Assembly: GCA_000091205.1 (NCBI GenBank)
Contig: AP006502.2
Source of the DNA: Cyanidioschyzon merolae
Taxonomy: Eukaryota
Direction: 5' to 3' (one strand)
DNA length: 64,000 nt
The notes below the pieces were generated by a model. That model was not told the origin of the DNA and ran no database searches. It worked only from the letters and a program-made list of their open reading frames with translations. Shown piece by piece: positions 54,694-64,000 of this stretch; position 1 is the first letter of the stretch; every line of letters begins with the position of its first letter. Both the position numbers and the translations under genes were made by a program.

Positions 54694-57093
54694 CTACGGG
54701 TCATCACACGAGAGACTAGCGTGCTCCACGAGCCAGGTTTCGCAAGCGAGGGCAACCTCTGCTGCAGTTGGTCGCTCCTGTACACTCGGCTGCACACAGC
54801 GCCGTATCCAGTCGATAAGAAACGACAGCACCAGGTTCGCATCGGTCGAGGTCTCCCCAGGCGCTGCAGTGAGTGCGTCCAGGCGGTCAAGTCTGCCTGC
54901 ACGCAGTGCCTGCCACTCGTCTCCCTTTGTTGGTAACGGCTGCTCGGTAAGCAGCTCGTATATTGAGATGCCAAGTGCAAAGACGTCGACGGGGACGAGC
55001 GAGCCTAGCGGCGCCTCGCTCAGAACACTTTGACAGAGATAGCGTGAATCGCCTTCGCTACCGGTAAAGTCCGCGCCATCTAGACGACATGCAAGCCCAA
55101 AGTCCGCGAGCTTGAATACTTCCTGTTTCGTGGGCTGCTTCCGGAGCTGGAGTTGCTGATGCGGCTTCCGTACGCTGCCGATGAGCATGTTCTCTGGCTT
55201 GACGTCCATATGGGCAATGCCGTGCGCATGGCAGTGTGCCAGCGCAGCGGCTACATGCCCCAGCAGACGGACGAGTCGCAAATAATGCGGTAGCTTGGAT
55301 GCTGTGGTGAGACGCGTTCTGCCGGACAGCTGCATGCTGCCACCAGCACAGTACTCGAGCTGCAAGTAGAGACGCGTATCGTGCTCCTCGAACCAGGCCG
55401 TGTGATAGCGAACGATATTCTCATGGGCACCAACGGCAGCCAAGGCGTGTACTTCGCGCAACGCGTCGAGGCGATCGGTGCGACTCAACAGCGGTCTGGT
55501 GGTGCGTTTCACGGCGTACAGGCATCCGTCTGTACGATGGCGTGCCAACAGTACCTGGCCTTTGACACCGGACCCGAGGATCTGTACTTCCTCGAACTGT
55601 TGAAGGAAACGCGAAGGCGAAGAGGCTACCTCTGGGAGAAGCTGATTCGGGCGCAGCTGCGCGGACGACATCTCCGCTTTCGATGGCGTCTCGGGTTCAT
55701 CCGTACAAACCAGAAACGGATTGATAATGGGCGCACTCGTTGGCTGTGCTTCGCGATGACGCCCATTTTCTGTGCACTGGATCACATCACCCATGGCAAG
55801 AAAGGAATCCCTGAGCTCAGCAGCAGTAGCAGTAGCAGGTGCACGCCTTGATCCCCACAGGCTGCGGTGGATGCGCTCCGCCGCTAGTCCGTTTCCTGGA
55901 CCTGCTTCCGTCTGCGACTGGGTGCGCGCATCCGTATTCGCCCAGAGCGGGTTCTCAGTCGGACGTCGGGCTGATCGCGCCGGCACCTGGGATGTAATCA
56001 TCATCGCGTGATCGCGAACAAGTGTTGGGATTCCTGCTGTCACGGGACGTAGCTCGCTGAGCGACCCACCTGGTGCGCTATTGCCGTTCGCTACGGCCTC
56101 ATCGTCGCCAGCCTGGCTAAAGGTAATTCTTCCGACCACATCGGTCGATGTTCGTGCTGCCTGAACTGCCCTGCGACGTGCCAGTAGCATCCCGAGTGTA
56201 TCCTGAGACAAGACGGACGTCTGTGTATGCATCTGGGATGAGAAGGTGCTGCTCTCGGGAGCGTCCATATCAGCGGTGGCTACGGCTTGCGTTTGGTACT
56301 CGTGTCGCTGACTCTGTAGAGGCGGTCTTGGTGCAGAGAAATTGCTCTCTCGAGCTGGACACCAACGGCCGTTTGCACTGCCGTTTAATAGGTGCAGCCG
56401 TTTGAGCGCAGGCGATGGCGATGGTGGAGGTTGGCTCGCGCCCGCGCCCTGCTCCGGCGCGAGTGTACTCGACGCGTTCGAGTCCTCGTCTGCTGCTGAC
56501 GCCGCCTGCGAGTTCATCCAATTCGCATTGACCGCTGTTGCAATCGTGAACGTTGGTGTGCGATATATTCCAGCATCTAGTCCCATGGCTGCGTCCCGGG
56601 AGGCGCCCTCGCCGAGGAATGGAGTCGCCACAAACTCGGCACTGTTGACCGGGGTTTCGATGTCGGCAGCCTCGGGCGTGAGTCGCCGTGCCCCATGCGG
56701 TGTCGTGCCCCAGCTTATCAAGTCCAATCGAGGGAGCTCAAGTTTCGGTGTACTGACCACGAGTCCGGCTTTACGCTCGAGAACTTCTGGAATCGTGCGC
56801 TGGCGGCTGGGTCCGGCGCTCTCGGTCGTCGACCCCAAGGCTCCGAGGCGTGGTCGCTCCTCAGTCCGAGACAAGCGTCGTTTGCGTCCAACAGACGCTT
56901 CCGCAATGCTGTCCGTGTCCAATTGTTGACCAGGCGCCGCACTGGAGGTCACCAGCGCTGCTGGAAGGCGGGGCGTACCCAACCGGGAGGCACGTCGCAT
57001 CTTGAGCACTGCCGTAGGCGGCGGGCCCTGCTGGGCCTGCGTCTTCGACCTCACACCGACTCTACCCATATGAAGTGCAGGCCTCACCGTCAA
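54694..57093 (-). CDS. WEE1: Wee1-family protein kinase: long low-complexity N-terminus and C-terminal kinase domain
   Basis: FEEVQILGSGVKGQVLLARHRTDGCLYAVKRTTRPLLSRTDRLDALREVHALAAVGAHENIVRYHTAWFEEHDTRLYLQLEYCAGGS matches human WEE1 ([85 protein letters not shown]). The catalytic loop is IAHMDVKPENMLI, followed by FKLADFGLA, then GDSRYLCQSVL (WEE1: GDSRFLANEVL) and PTKGDEWQALRAGRL (WEE1: PRNGDQWHEIRQGRL). Confidence 0.8.
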   Translation of the reverse strand: MTVRPALHMGRVGVRSKTQAQQGPPPTAVLKMRRASRLGTPRLPAALVTSSAAPGQQLDTDSIAEASVGRKRRLSRTEERPRLGALGSTTESAGPSRQRTIPEVLERKAGLVVSTPKLELPRLDLISWGTTPHGARRLTPEAADIETPVNSAEFVATPFLGEGASRDAAMGLDAGIYRTPTFTIATAVNANWMNSQAASAADEDSNASSTLAPEQGAGASQPPPSPSPALKRLHLLNGSANGRWCPARESNFSAPRPPLQSQRHEYQTQAVATADMDAPESSTFSSQMHTQTSVLSQDTLGMLLARRRAVQAARTSTDVVGRITFSQAGDDEAVANGNSAPGGSLSELRPVTAGIPTLVRDHAMMITSQVPARSARRPTENPLWANTDARTQSQTEAGPGNGLAAERIHRSLWGSRRAPATATAAELRDSFLAMGDVIQCTENGRHREAQPTSAPIINPFLVCTDEPETPSKAEMSSAQLRPNQLLPEVASSPSRFLQQFEEVQILGSGVKGQVLLARHRTDGCLYAVKRTTRPLLSRTDRLDALREVHALAAVGAHENIVRYHTAWFEEHDTRLYLQLEYCAGGSMQLSGRTRLTTASKLPHYLRLVRLLGHVAAALAHCHAHGIAHMDVKPENMLIGSVRKPHQQLQLRKQPTKQEVFKLADFGLACRLDGADFTGSEGDSRYLCQSVLSEAPLGSLVPVDVFALGISIYELLTEQPLPTKGDEWQALRAGRLDRLDALTAAPGETSTDANLVLSFLIDWIRRCVQPSVQERPTAAEVALACETWLVEHASLSCDDP

Positions 57094-57897
57094 CAGACTC
57101 GTTCAGGGACAGAATATGCGCCTTTCAAGTGCGTTCCGCGAAGAGGTAGACGCTGCTCGGCAAGCAAGCGCCAGAGCAGCGCTCAGAGAAAGCAGGCACA
57201 GCGCCGCACACGCCGTCCGGTCATTGGATTTTCGCGCGCGCCTCCAGACACGCGCAGGCGGCGATACGAAAAGCGCTGGCGGAGCGCGTCATGAGCCTAT
57301 GGATCGTTTTTTTGGATAAAGCAGGTAGGTACAGGTATCCTGGAGCATACTTACTCGTACAAGTCTAGGCCCGTTGTTATCAGAGCAAGATTTTGCTGGT
57401 TGTATCTGCAACTGCTCTCTGTTTCTCGCTTTTGGATCAGGTTTTACATACGATCGTCGCTTTGTTCTCTCGAGCTCTCGTATGAGCAGTGGGGGCATGG
57501 TGGTGGTGGCAGCAGCAGCAGCGCAAGTCCCGCTTCCGCTGCCTCCGGACGCTGGTTATGCGTTTGATATAGAGACCAAAGTCGCGATCGATGCTTCATT
57601 TGCAGCGTTCATCTGCATTGCTCGCAGTCTGGGTACGCCATTCGGTGCGGTGAGGCTTGCCAGCGATCCAGTACGCTGGTATGTCCATCACAGCTTTTGC
57701 ACTGGGGGCTGGCGCGCCTCTGCGGCGTGAACGCTTGCTTCATCGCTCGATATATGCAATTGATGTGTATAGGAGGTGGCGTCATATACAAGCTGCCTCC
57801 TTTCGGCACCTTGTGCCGTACGCTCTGATGACCAGCGTCTTCTAGGTGACGTCACCGACGAGTTCTCTGGATGTTGGGCGTGCAAGTGCACGCCCTA

Positions 57898-58706
57898 TTC
57901 GCTTCGATAGCGTCTGTGTGGAACACGGTATTGTACATAGCGAGCCAAGTACTGGCAGGAAGGTAGGTGAATCTACAGTGGAGATCAAGTCGAGAAATGC
58001 CGATGTGTCCATACCCATTTGGTGCAAAGCTGAGACGCACACCACCCTGGATGTGATCGCTGCTGTGACTCGAGCGCAAGTCCGTATCCCCTGTCTGTGC
58101 AGACGGAAGCTTCTCGGAGCTTCTGGGAGCGTCTAGGAGCGTCTAGGAGCGTACCACGTTAGCGGTATCGTGGTGGTGCTGTCGGATATCGTGACGTCGA
58201 TGGCCACCAAGAGCGGAGCATTTGCCTTTCGAGCGGAGTCGATTTTTTCCACGACAAGTTGAGTGAGCGCTCAGCAGCATACGCGTATGAAAGAACGCCC
58301 CGTCGAGCAACAATATCGAGTGTGTTTCGTCGCTCGTCTAGGAGCACGAATCGCTGCGCCCCCTAGTTGCGTTGAAACACCCGGGCTCAACATTTGAGCC
58401 GTGCATGCCCTGAGCATGCTACGCGTACCGAAAAGAGACGCGTGGACGCTTGTACGTATGCACTGGCTACTGGTGTTGGTTCCCGTACGAGTGCTTGCCC
58501 GATGACGCTGCACATGATGGTGATTTCGGTCACATAACAACGTCCCGTTGCAGATAGCTCCAGTAGCCACGCCAAAGCACCGACCCGGACTGCCGACACC
58601 ACCCCTGCACCCATCATTGCTGGTTGCTGCTCTCGGAATCCCAATGCTTTACATCTAAACGATTCAGAAAGCATCCAAACTCGGGATAAGCGCACATCAT
58701 TCAATA
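57898..58706. repeat. Right copy of the ~0.82 kb direct repeat (pairs with 52401..53230)
   Basis: Same orientation and same sequence as the left copy apart from a handful of substitutions and two fewer 10-bp units. Together the two copies bracket the COQ2 and Wee1-like genes. Confidence 0.9.
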
Positions 58707-58887
58707 TGCTGTACGCATTGGACTCGAGGGTTCAGTGCACTGCGCCTGACGCGCGCGTTACGCACAAACGCCAGCATGGATTCGATTCGGAATCCACCGC
58801 TCATCTACCTATGAAACTGCGCATCTTTCAAAGCATGTAAATCCACTTGCTGACACGGAACGAGATCAAGAGCTTCACGGGTAAGTA

Positions 58888-59508
58888 ATGGCTTGTTCGG
58901 CCTATACCCGCGCTTTAACCTATGTTGCTGGTGCCGCTGCTCAGCGTCCCTGGCGGGCTGCGCGCACGCACCGCGGCTCGTGGCGAACGCGTCGACAGCC
59001 GCGAGCGCACCCTCGTACATCGACCTGCTTCGCACAGCGAACTCGGTACAGGAGCGTTCGTCTGCAGGCCCCGTCTCCCGAAAATAACAAGAGCAACCGC
59101 GCGAACTCGCGACCTTCGACGAACCAAAAAGCGTCGTTGACGCCCAGCTTCCTGAGAGACGTCACTGATAGCAGCTTCTTCGCGGATGTGCCGTACCGGG
59201 AGTTCCAACAGATAGGACGGCTCTACCGCACGGTGGACGAATTTCTTGGCCGAAAGGAGAATCTCTTATTCTGGGGCTCGTGTGCGCTGCTGTTCGGAGC
59301 GTTTTCGGCTACGTCGATCTCAACGATCGTCGGTGCACTCGCCGAATGGGATCCCATAGCTGGCGCCGTCATCGTCTTTATCATGGAATGGATTGCTACA
59401 CAGTACTATCGCCGTCCTCGACCAAGCAATATCATTCGAATTTTGAATGCATACCAGGTCGGTCTGACTTTTGGGTTTATATTAGATGCGCTCAAGCTCG
59501 CTGGCTAG
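58888..59508 (+). CDS. Possible Ycf20-like (DUF565) small membrane protein with an N-terminal extension
   Basis: The C-terminal 100 aa (LLFWGSCALLFGAFSATSISTIVGALAEWDPIAGAVIVFIMEWIATQYY...NAYQVGLTFGFILDALKLAG) have two hydrophobic helices and a TxIPxxxGDW-like core reminiscent of DUF565. The N-terminus is R/A/S-rich. Family recognition is weak. Confidence 0.35.
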   Translation: MACSAYTRALTYVAGAAAQRPWRAARTHRGSWRTRRQPRAHPRTSTCFAQRTRYRSVRLQAPSPENNKSNRANSRPSTNQKASLTPSFLRDVTDSSFFADVPYREFQQIGRLYRTVDEFLGRKENLLFWGSCALLFGAFSATSISTIVGALAEWDPIAGAVIVFIMEWIATQYYRRPRPSNIIRILNAYQVGLTFGFILDALKLAG

Positions 59509-60100
59509 CTGTTCTTCTCGGAACGATGCTTCGTCTCGTGGCGCAGTTGACGCTCTCGTGGCGGAGCCCGGCACCTCGATACGCATCAAATGCCGATCAT
59601 TCATGTCGCGTATAGCAGCGTCCAAGCATGTGCAGCATTCAATCAGAGTACGTGTGGAAGCGCATGGGTGTAGGCCCGTTCGATGGACCGAGTCGAAAAC
59701 GACAACGCGGAGATAAGGTACAGGCATAGAGCGCCCAGGCGCTGCCGCGTTACCAGACATGTGTTGCCCCATGTGGAACAAGGAGCGGCAAAGGCGCTGT
59801 ATGCGCTCGATAACTACCGCGGGGAACACATTGATTCGTTGGCCAGGAGCGAGGCACAGGTACGAGTGCCGTGGCGATGCACCCAGGTATCCTGCTTTAG
59901 ACAGCCGCGGCCGCTGCGATTACGATGGATAGCATGTCTTGGGGGTTCAAAACCAGCGCGCCTTTTACCGTGTAGTCATCTCAGACTGCATCCCTGGTTT
60001 TCTGGATATGCCTTCATTCAGCAAAGATCCCAGAGCATCCTGGCAGAAAGGCGTGCGACAGCGACTGCTTTACGCGCGCAACTTTCGATTGCCGCCACGC

Positions 60101-63100
60101 TCAGCGAGAGTCGAAAGCACCTTGCGCGGCCGCTGTGGGCTTCAACCCTGACGCCGGTGCATAGACGCTGTCAAGCATCTGCGACAGCGGCTTGCGAAGC
60201 ATCTCGTATGCATAGAACGATACGGCCACGGTAGGCCATGCTTTGAGAATATTCGGAACGAGGCCGCGATAGAGGCCACGAATACCCTCCTCCTTGAGCA
60301 CGGTTCGAAACACCTGCCGAAAGCGTCCGCCGCTGCCCTCATCTACCTGCATGCGAACACGGCACGTATCGAACGGGTAGGCAGCCATCTGGCCCAGCGT
60401 CGAGGCGATGAATCCCGACAGAATCAGGCCGCCAGCAGTCGGACGCCCGCTGCCGTCGTTGCGGCGGGGCATAATCGGACGCAGCGTCTCATAAACTGCA
60501 AAGTTAATTCCCACGTAGGGAAAGACACCAAGGGTGCTTGACAGGAGACCTCGGTACAGGCCAGGCACGCCTTGTTGCTTGCGCACTTCTCGCAGGCATT
60601 GCAGTACGCCATGGTAGCGCTCGGCAATGCCCCGATGCTGAACGGTTAAACGAGCTCGCGCCGTGTCCAGTGGATACGTTATCGTTGCTGCAACGATACC
60701 ACCGAGGCCAGCAATCACGACCGTGTCCCAGGCGGCAAAGCCAAGGGATCGTCGTGCATTCTCCGGGCGGTGTGCTTCGATATACTCCTTCGCTAGGGCA
60801 ATCGTTGCACTCTGGATGATCGTCGCCGGGAGAATTCGGAGAGCATTGGCCCCGTTGCCTCGATACATGCCCAGGATACCGTCTTGAGCAATCATGTTTC
60901 GAAATCCTCGCCATACGCTTGAATAAATGCGTTTCGATCGCGGATTCGGAGCTATGCGCTCATCCTTCAACAGCTCCGGCCGTACCTTGACCACGATACT
61001 TTCGGTTTGCATGAGCACTTTCAGACGATCGAGTGGTGCAACCAGGGTTCTCGCCAGTACACCAGCAACGGCAACACCGGCCACATGACCAATCAGGACG
61101 CCGCGGTGTGTGGGCGCTATTCCAGAAAACTGTGGCGTTCCGGCGAGCAGCGAGCTCGTCGAAAGCAGGATCTCGTCGTCGAGGGCGTTCGACGACGGCG
61201 CACGCGCAGCCTGCTGTTGCATATGTGCTTTCAGGCGATGAATATCGGCTAGGAACTTTGCTGGAAGCTTTCCCTCGCTTGCTGCGGTAAAGTCCCGAAA
61301 GTTCAGCTTTCGATCACCGCGCTTTCCAAAGAGTTGACGCAGCAGCGGTGATCCATCCTCAACCATGGCTTCAATCTCGCGATCGCCATTGGCGTACTCC
61401 AGGAACATCTCCTGGAACTCTTGCATGCCGACTTGTCCGGTGTTATCGCGATCGCATAACCGGAATATGAGCTGGCTTTCGGCATCTGGCTGATTCAGTA
61501 GTAGATCGAATCGGACGAATTCCCAAAAGTCGATCAGCGGTGCGCTTTGTTGCGAGGTCTTCCGCTGTGGCGCCGTCAGTGAGCCGCTGTTGTTGTTGCT
61601 CACCAGACGCAGCAGCAGATTGGATAGCCGACGGTAGTCCTCTGGTGATTCCTTAAAGGCATCCGCTCGCGCGAATCGCAGAAAGTCTTCGGGGGTCATA
61701 AAGTACTCATAGGGGTCGCCATCATCCGTACGCTGTGATTTTTCGCGCTTCACAGACGCGTATTCTTTGAAGATGCGCTCTAGATAGCAGGCTCCGCCTC
61801 CTAAATGAAGTCGATGGAAGGATTCGGCGCTGATGGCCCAGAGCTCTACGTCAGTGCGTGCGCGTACGGTCGCTCCACGTGGTGCATTGTACATGAGCGA
61901 GAGTTCACCGAAACTGTCGCCAGGTTGGAGCGTACCAGCAAGTTTCGGCTGGTGTCCTGGTTTGGAGATCCAACGTTCCAGCACGCCGCTTTTCACGATA
62001 TAGAAGTTATCACCCTTTTCTCCTTGTTCGAAGACGGTCTCACCGGGTCTGAAATTCACCGTGAAGAAACTCTCGAGTTCCTTCGGGCCAATACGATCGA
62101 GTCGCGAGAAGAGGAAATGCTTCTTCAATAGGGCGCGGAGCTGGCGACTCTCCGCGGCATTCTCGATGACGGATGTTTCGCCAAAGTCCAAGGCGAAACG
62201 TTCGAACGTGGCGCGATCGAGTCTCCAGAGCAAGGAGCGCTCGCGGGCTCGGATTGTGCTCGAACGCCCGGCTGCGTTGAAGAAAAGCGCAGTAAGGCCA
62301 AACGAGTTGCGCGGACCCAGTGTAGATACTTGAATGGGCTCCTGGCCGTCCTTGGCGATATAGCGATCAAGTGATCCGCTTTCGACCACGTAGAAGGCAT
62401 CGCCATAGTCTCCCTGGTGGAAGACGTAGTCTCCGGCTTCGACGATGACTGGCCGGAAGCTCTTCACGAGGTGATTGCGCGTGTACTCATCAGGCAAGGC
62501 AGCGAATATCGGGGTCCTTTTGAGGGCGTCACGGATCAGTTCACGCGATTCTCCTCGGGGATATGCGGGTTGACCGCTTGCATCCGACACGGGGCTTGCT
62601 CCTGCGGCATTCGCGTCGGTTCCGGGTACAGCCTCGTCTGCGGGATTGGTGCCAGTGGCCTCGGTTGTAGTCCTGTCTTGATTGGAGTCGGAGCCCAGCA
62701 AGCTGGCAAACCACCCTTGTTTCTGTGTTGGCAGTCGCCGAATGAATTCCTCATTCCCGAGACGAGCATTTTTCAAAAGGTGTACTCCCGGTGGGTTCGC
62801 CTGCTCTGTACTGAAATCTTTTGGTACGTAGCTATCCGCCGGCGGAAAGGAGCTCAACAGTCCTAGCCGCTGATACGCCGCCGCCACCAGTTCCGAGCAA
62901 AATACACGACTGAGATCGTTCGAGCCTTCGAAGAAGCCGCCTTTCGTAGCGGCAAGCTCGCGACGGAGAACCTCTTCAATCTTCTCCTCCGATTGCAGGA
63001 GAATGCGACGTTGCTCGAGAAGCGAGTTGCGCTGGAATGCAGTGAGTGCAGCTTCGCGCAGCTCGCGCTCTACTTCCATGCGCTGCGCACGACGACTCAC

Positions 63101-63802
63101 GAGCAAGGCATGAAGTCGCTCGCGTTCCTGCATATCGGCGGGGTGGATCACGCTTACCAGCATAGCGCCAAGATCATTCTTGTATGGCGTCTCGAGTACC
63201 TGTTCCGCAAAGTGCAGCAGCTCGGTGCGAAAGCGCTCCGTGCGAATAATAGAGAGTCTTCGGAACGCGATCTCGTTCGAGCGCGAGCGCCGTATTCTCT
63301 CGTCAAGCGGTCGCAATGTTACGCCAGAAAGGTTCGCCTCGAGAAGGTGCAACGAGCCGTCCTCTTTGCGAACAACGATGCCGACGTGGTCCCACCGAGA
63401 ATTGGACATGGCTTTCGCCACCGCACAGATTAGCGCTCCGAGCGGCGCCATGGCCAGGCAGCGCCGGTTAAAAAGCACAATGTCTCCGGCATCCAACCCT
63501 GGTGGCAGCGTCACTCGACGTTCACGTTTCAATTCCGTTCCACCAGTGGAAGAGCGCACCTGGGACTGCACCGTTTCTCCCTGGTGCTTCCGGTCCGGTG
63601 GGGCCGGCGGCACCGGCCGCTGGGGTTGCTGCTGCTGTAGCGCCGCCTCCCCTGAGACCCGTTTTTCCGACAGCGCAGCTTCCGGCTTTTCTATTGCCCT
63701 GCCATTCTCTTTCACTGTGGAAGAGTCCGTAGAAACCTTCCGAGTCTCGGCTGACTGCCCGTTACCCATAGAGTCCGCGAAAGACGGTCGCTTGCGGAAC
63801 AA
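60101..63802 (-). CDS. Multidomain protein: N-myristoylation-like MGNGQS, permuted NlpC/P60 (YiiX-like) domain, two cyclic-nucleotide-binding domains, an EF-hand, and a three-repeat mitochondrial carrier (SLC25) domain
   Basis: N-terminus ...MGNGQSAETRK. The YiiX-like pattern is GDIVLFNRR...SNSRWDHVGIVV plus a downstream FCSELVAAAYQRLGL, giving His-then-Cys order. cNMP domain 1 is FAALPDEY...VIVEAGDYVFHQGDYGDAFYVVESGSLD...FGLTALFFNAAGRSSTIRARE. cNMP domain 2 is FSRLDRIGPKELESFF...GETVFEQGEKGDNFYIVKSGVLE...GDSFGELSLMYNAPRGATVRAR. The EF-hand loop is DRDNTGQVGMQEF. The carrier repeats are PLDRLKVLMQ, PLDTARARLTVQ and PFDTCRVRMQV, with six hydrophobic helices. The ORF is continuous over 1233 aa. 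Confidence 0.85.
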   Translation of the reverse strand: MFRKRPSFADSMGNGQSAETRKVSTDSSTVKENGRAIEKPEAALSEKRVSGEAALQQQQPQRPVPPAPPDRKHQGETVQSQVRSSTGGTELKRERRVTLPPGLDAGDIVLFNRRCLAMAPLGALICAVAKAMSNSRWDHVGIVVRKEDGSLHLLEANLSGVTLRPLDERIRRSRSNEIAFRRLSIIRTERFRTELLHFAEQVLETPYKNDLGAMLVSVIHPADMQERERLHALLVSRRAQRMEVERELREAALTAFQRNSLLEQRRILLQSEEKIEEVLRRELAATKGGFFEGSNDLSRVFCSELVAAAYQRLGLLSSFPPADSYVPKDFSTEQANPPGVHLLKNARLGNEEFIRRLPTQKQGWFASLLGSDSNQDRTTTEATGTNPADEAVPGTDANAAGASPVSDASGQPAYPRGESRELIRDALKRTPIFAALPDEYTRNHLVKSFRPVIVEAGDYVFHQGDYGDAFYVVESGSLDRYIAKDGQEPIQVSTLGPRNSFGLTALFFNAAGRSSTIRARERSLLWRLDRATFERFALDFGETSVIENAAESRQLRALLKKHFLFSRLDRIGPKELESFFTVNFRPGETVFEQGEKGDNFYIVKSGVLERWISKPGHQPKLAGTLQPGDSFGELSLMYNAPRGATVRARTDVELWAISAESFHRLHLGGGACYLERIFKEYASVKREKSQRTDDGDPYEYFMTPEDFLRFARADAFKESPEDYRRLSNLLLRLVSNNNSGSLTAPQRKTSQQSAPLIDFWEFVRFDLLLNQPDAESQLIFRLCDRDNTGQVGMQEFQEMFLEYANGDREIEAMVEDGSPLLRQLFGKRGDRKLNFRDFTAASEGKLPAKFLADIHRLKAHMQQQAARAPSSNALDDEILLSTSSLLAGTPQFSGIAPTHRGVLIGHVAGVAVAGVLARTLVAPLDRLKVLMQTESIVVKVRPELLKDERIAPNPRSKRIYSSVWRGFRNMIAQDGILGMYRGNGANALRILPATIIQSATIALAKEYIEAHRPENARRSLGFAAWDTVVIAGLGGIVAATITYPLDTARARLTVQHRGIAERYHGVLQCLREVRKQQGVPGLYRGLLSSTLGVFPYVGINFAVYETLRPIMPRRNDGSGRPTAGGLILSGFIASTLGQMAAYPFDTCRVRMQVDEGSGGRFRQVFRTVLKEEGIRGLYRGLVPNILKAWPTVAVSFYAYEMLRKPLSQMLDSVYAPASGLKPTAAAQGAFDSR

Positions 63803-64000
63803 TACCGAGTACGAGACGTCCGGTGCGAACGCTGTAGCGCTTCGCTTGTTCTCGGCTGCGGAATGCCGCGGCGGCGGTGAGCCAGTGTCCGCGGACGCTA
63901 CGCTTGGTTGTAGCTGGGAGGCGGCCTACGTACCGTTCAGGAGGACAGTCCTGGAGTTGGATTCTCGTTCAGGACAGAGGACGTCGGGGCGAAGTGTTTG

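Noticed and set aside
52401-58706. LTR-retrotransposon interpretation of the two 0.82 kb direct repeats
   Set aside because: The internal 4.7 kb encodes COQ2 and a Wee1-like kinase rather than gag/pol. The repeats lack obvious TG...CA termini and I could not see a target-site duplication. It was kept as a segmental direct repeat rather than a mobile element.
1-64000. Prokaryotic-style defense islands, CRISPR arrays and operons
   Set aside because: The gene content (BiP-HDEL, eIF2A, RPB4, Wee1, Vps18, SLC25 carrier) is unambiguously eukaryotic. The tandem repeats present are mini- or microsatellites without spacer-like unique inserts, so there is no CRISPR.

Overview
The window is GC-rich nuclear DNA from a eukaryote, with few or no introns. 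It carries 19 mostly unspliced protein-coding ORFs separated by 1-3 kb spacers that are full of mini- and microsatellites. There are no prokaryotic operons or CRISPR arrays, and I found no rRNA or tRNA genes. Recognisable genes are: TTC4/Cns1-like TPR co-chaperone, a tandem adenylate kinase, an ARA1-N-terminal-like GT-B glycosyltransferase, a RETICULATA-related (DUF3411) membrane protein, REX4 exonuclease, a Vps18-like HOPS/CORVET subunit, a bacterial-type DUF2064 glycosyltransferase, MGMT, BiP/GRP78 (HDEL), a Cid1-family nucleotidyltransferase, SDHA, RPB4, E. coli-type dihydroorotase, eIF2A, COQ2, a Wee1-like kinase, a Ycf20-like protein, and a large mitochondrial-carrier fusion protein. The plant- or plastid-lineage genes (RETICULATA-related, Ycf20-like, ARA1-N-like, cyanobacterial-type DUF2064) suggest an intron-poor alga; a red or green unicellular alga is plausible but I cannot prove it from sequence alone. 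Most unusual are: (1) a 1233-aa protein that combines a permuted NlpC/P60 (YiiX-like) domain, two cNMP-binding domains, an EF-hand and a three-repeat mitochondrial carrier; (2) a tandem adenylate kinase whose second domain looks catalytically dead and which ends in a hydrophobic membrane domain; (3) two ~0.8 kb near-identical direct repeats bracketing the COQ2-Wee1 gene pair; and (4) minisatellite arrays (79 bp x7, 94 bp x3, 58 bp x4) sitting just upstream of gene starts. All family assignments come from reading motifs in the translations by eye and are not database hits.
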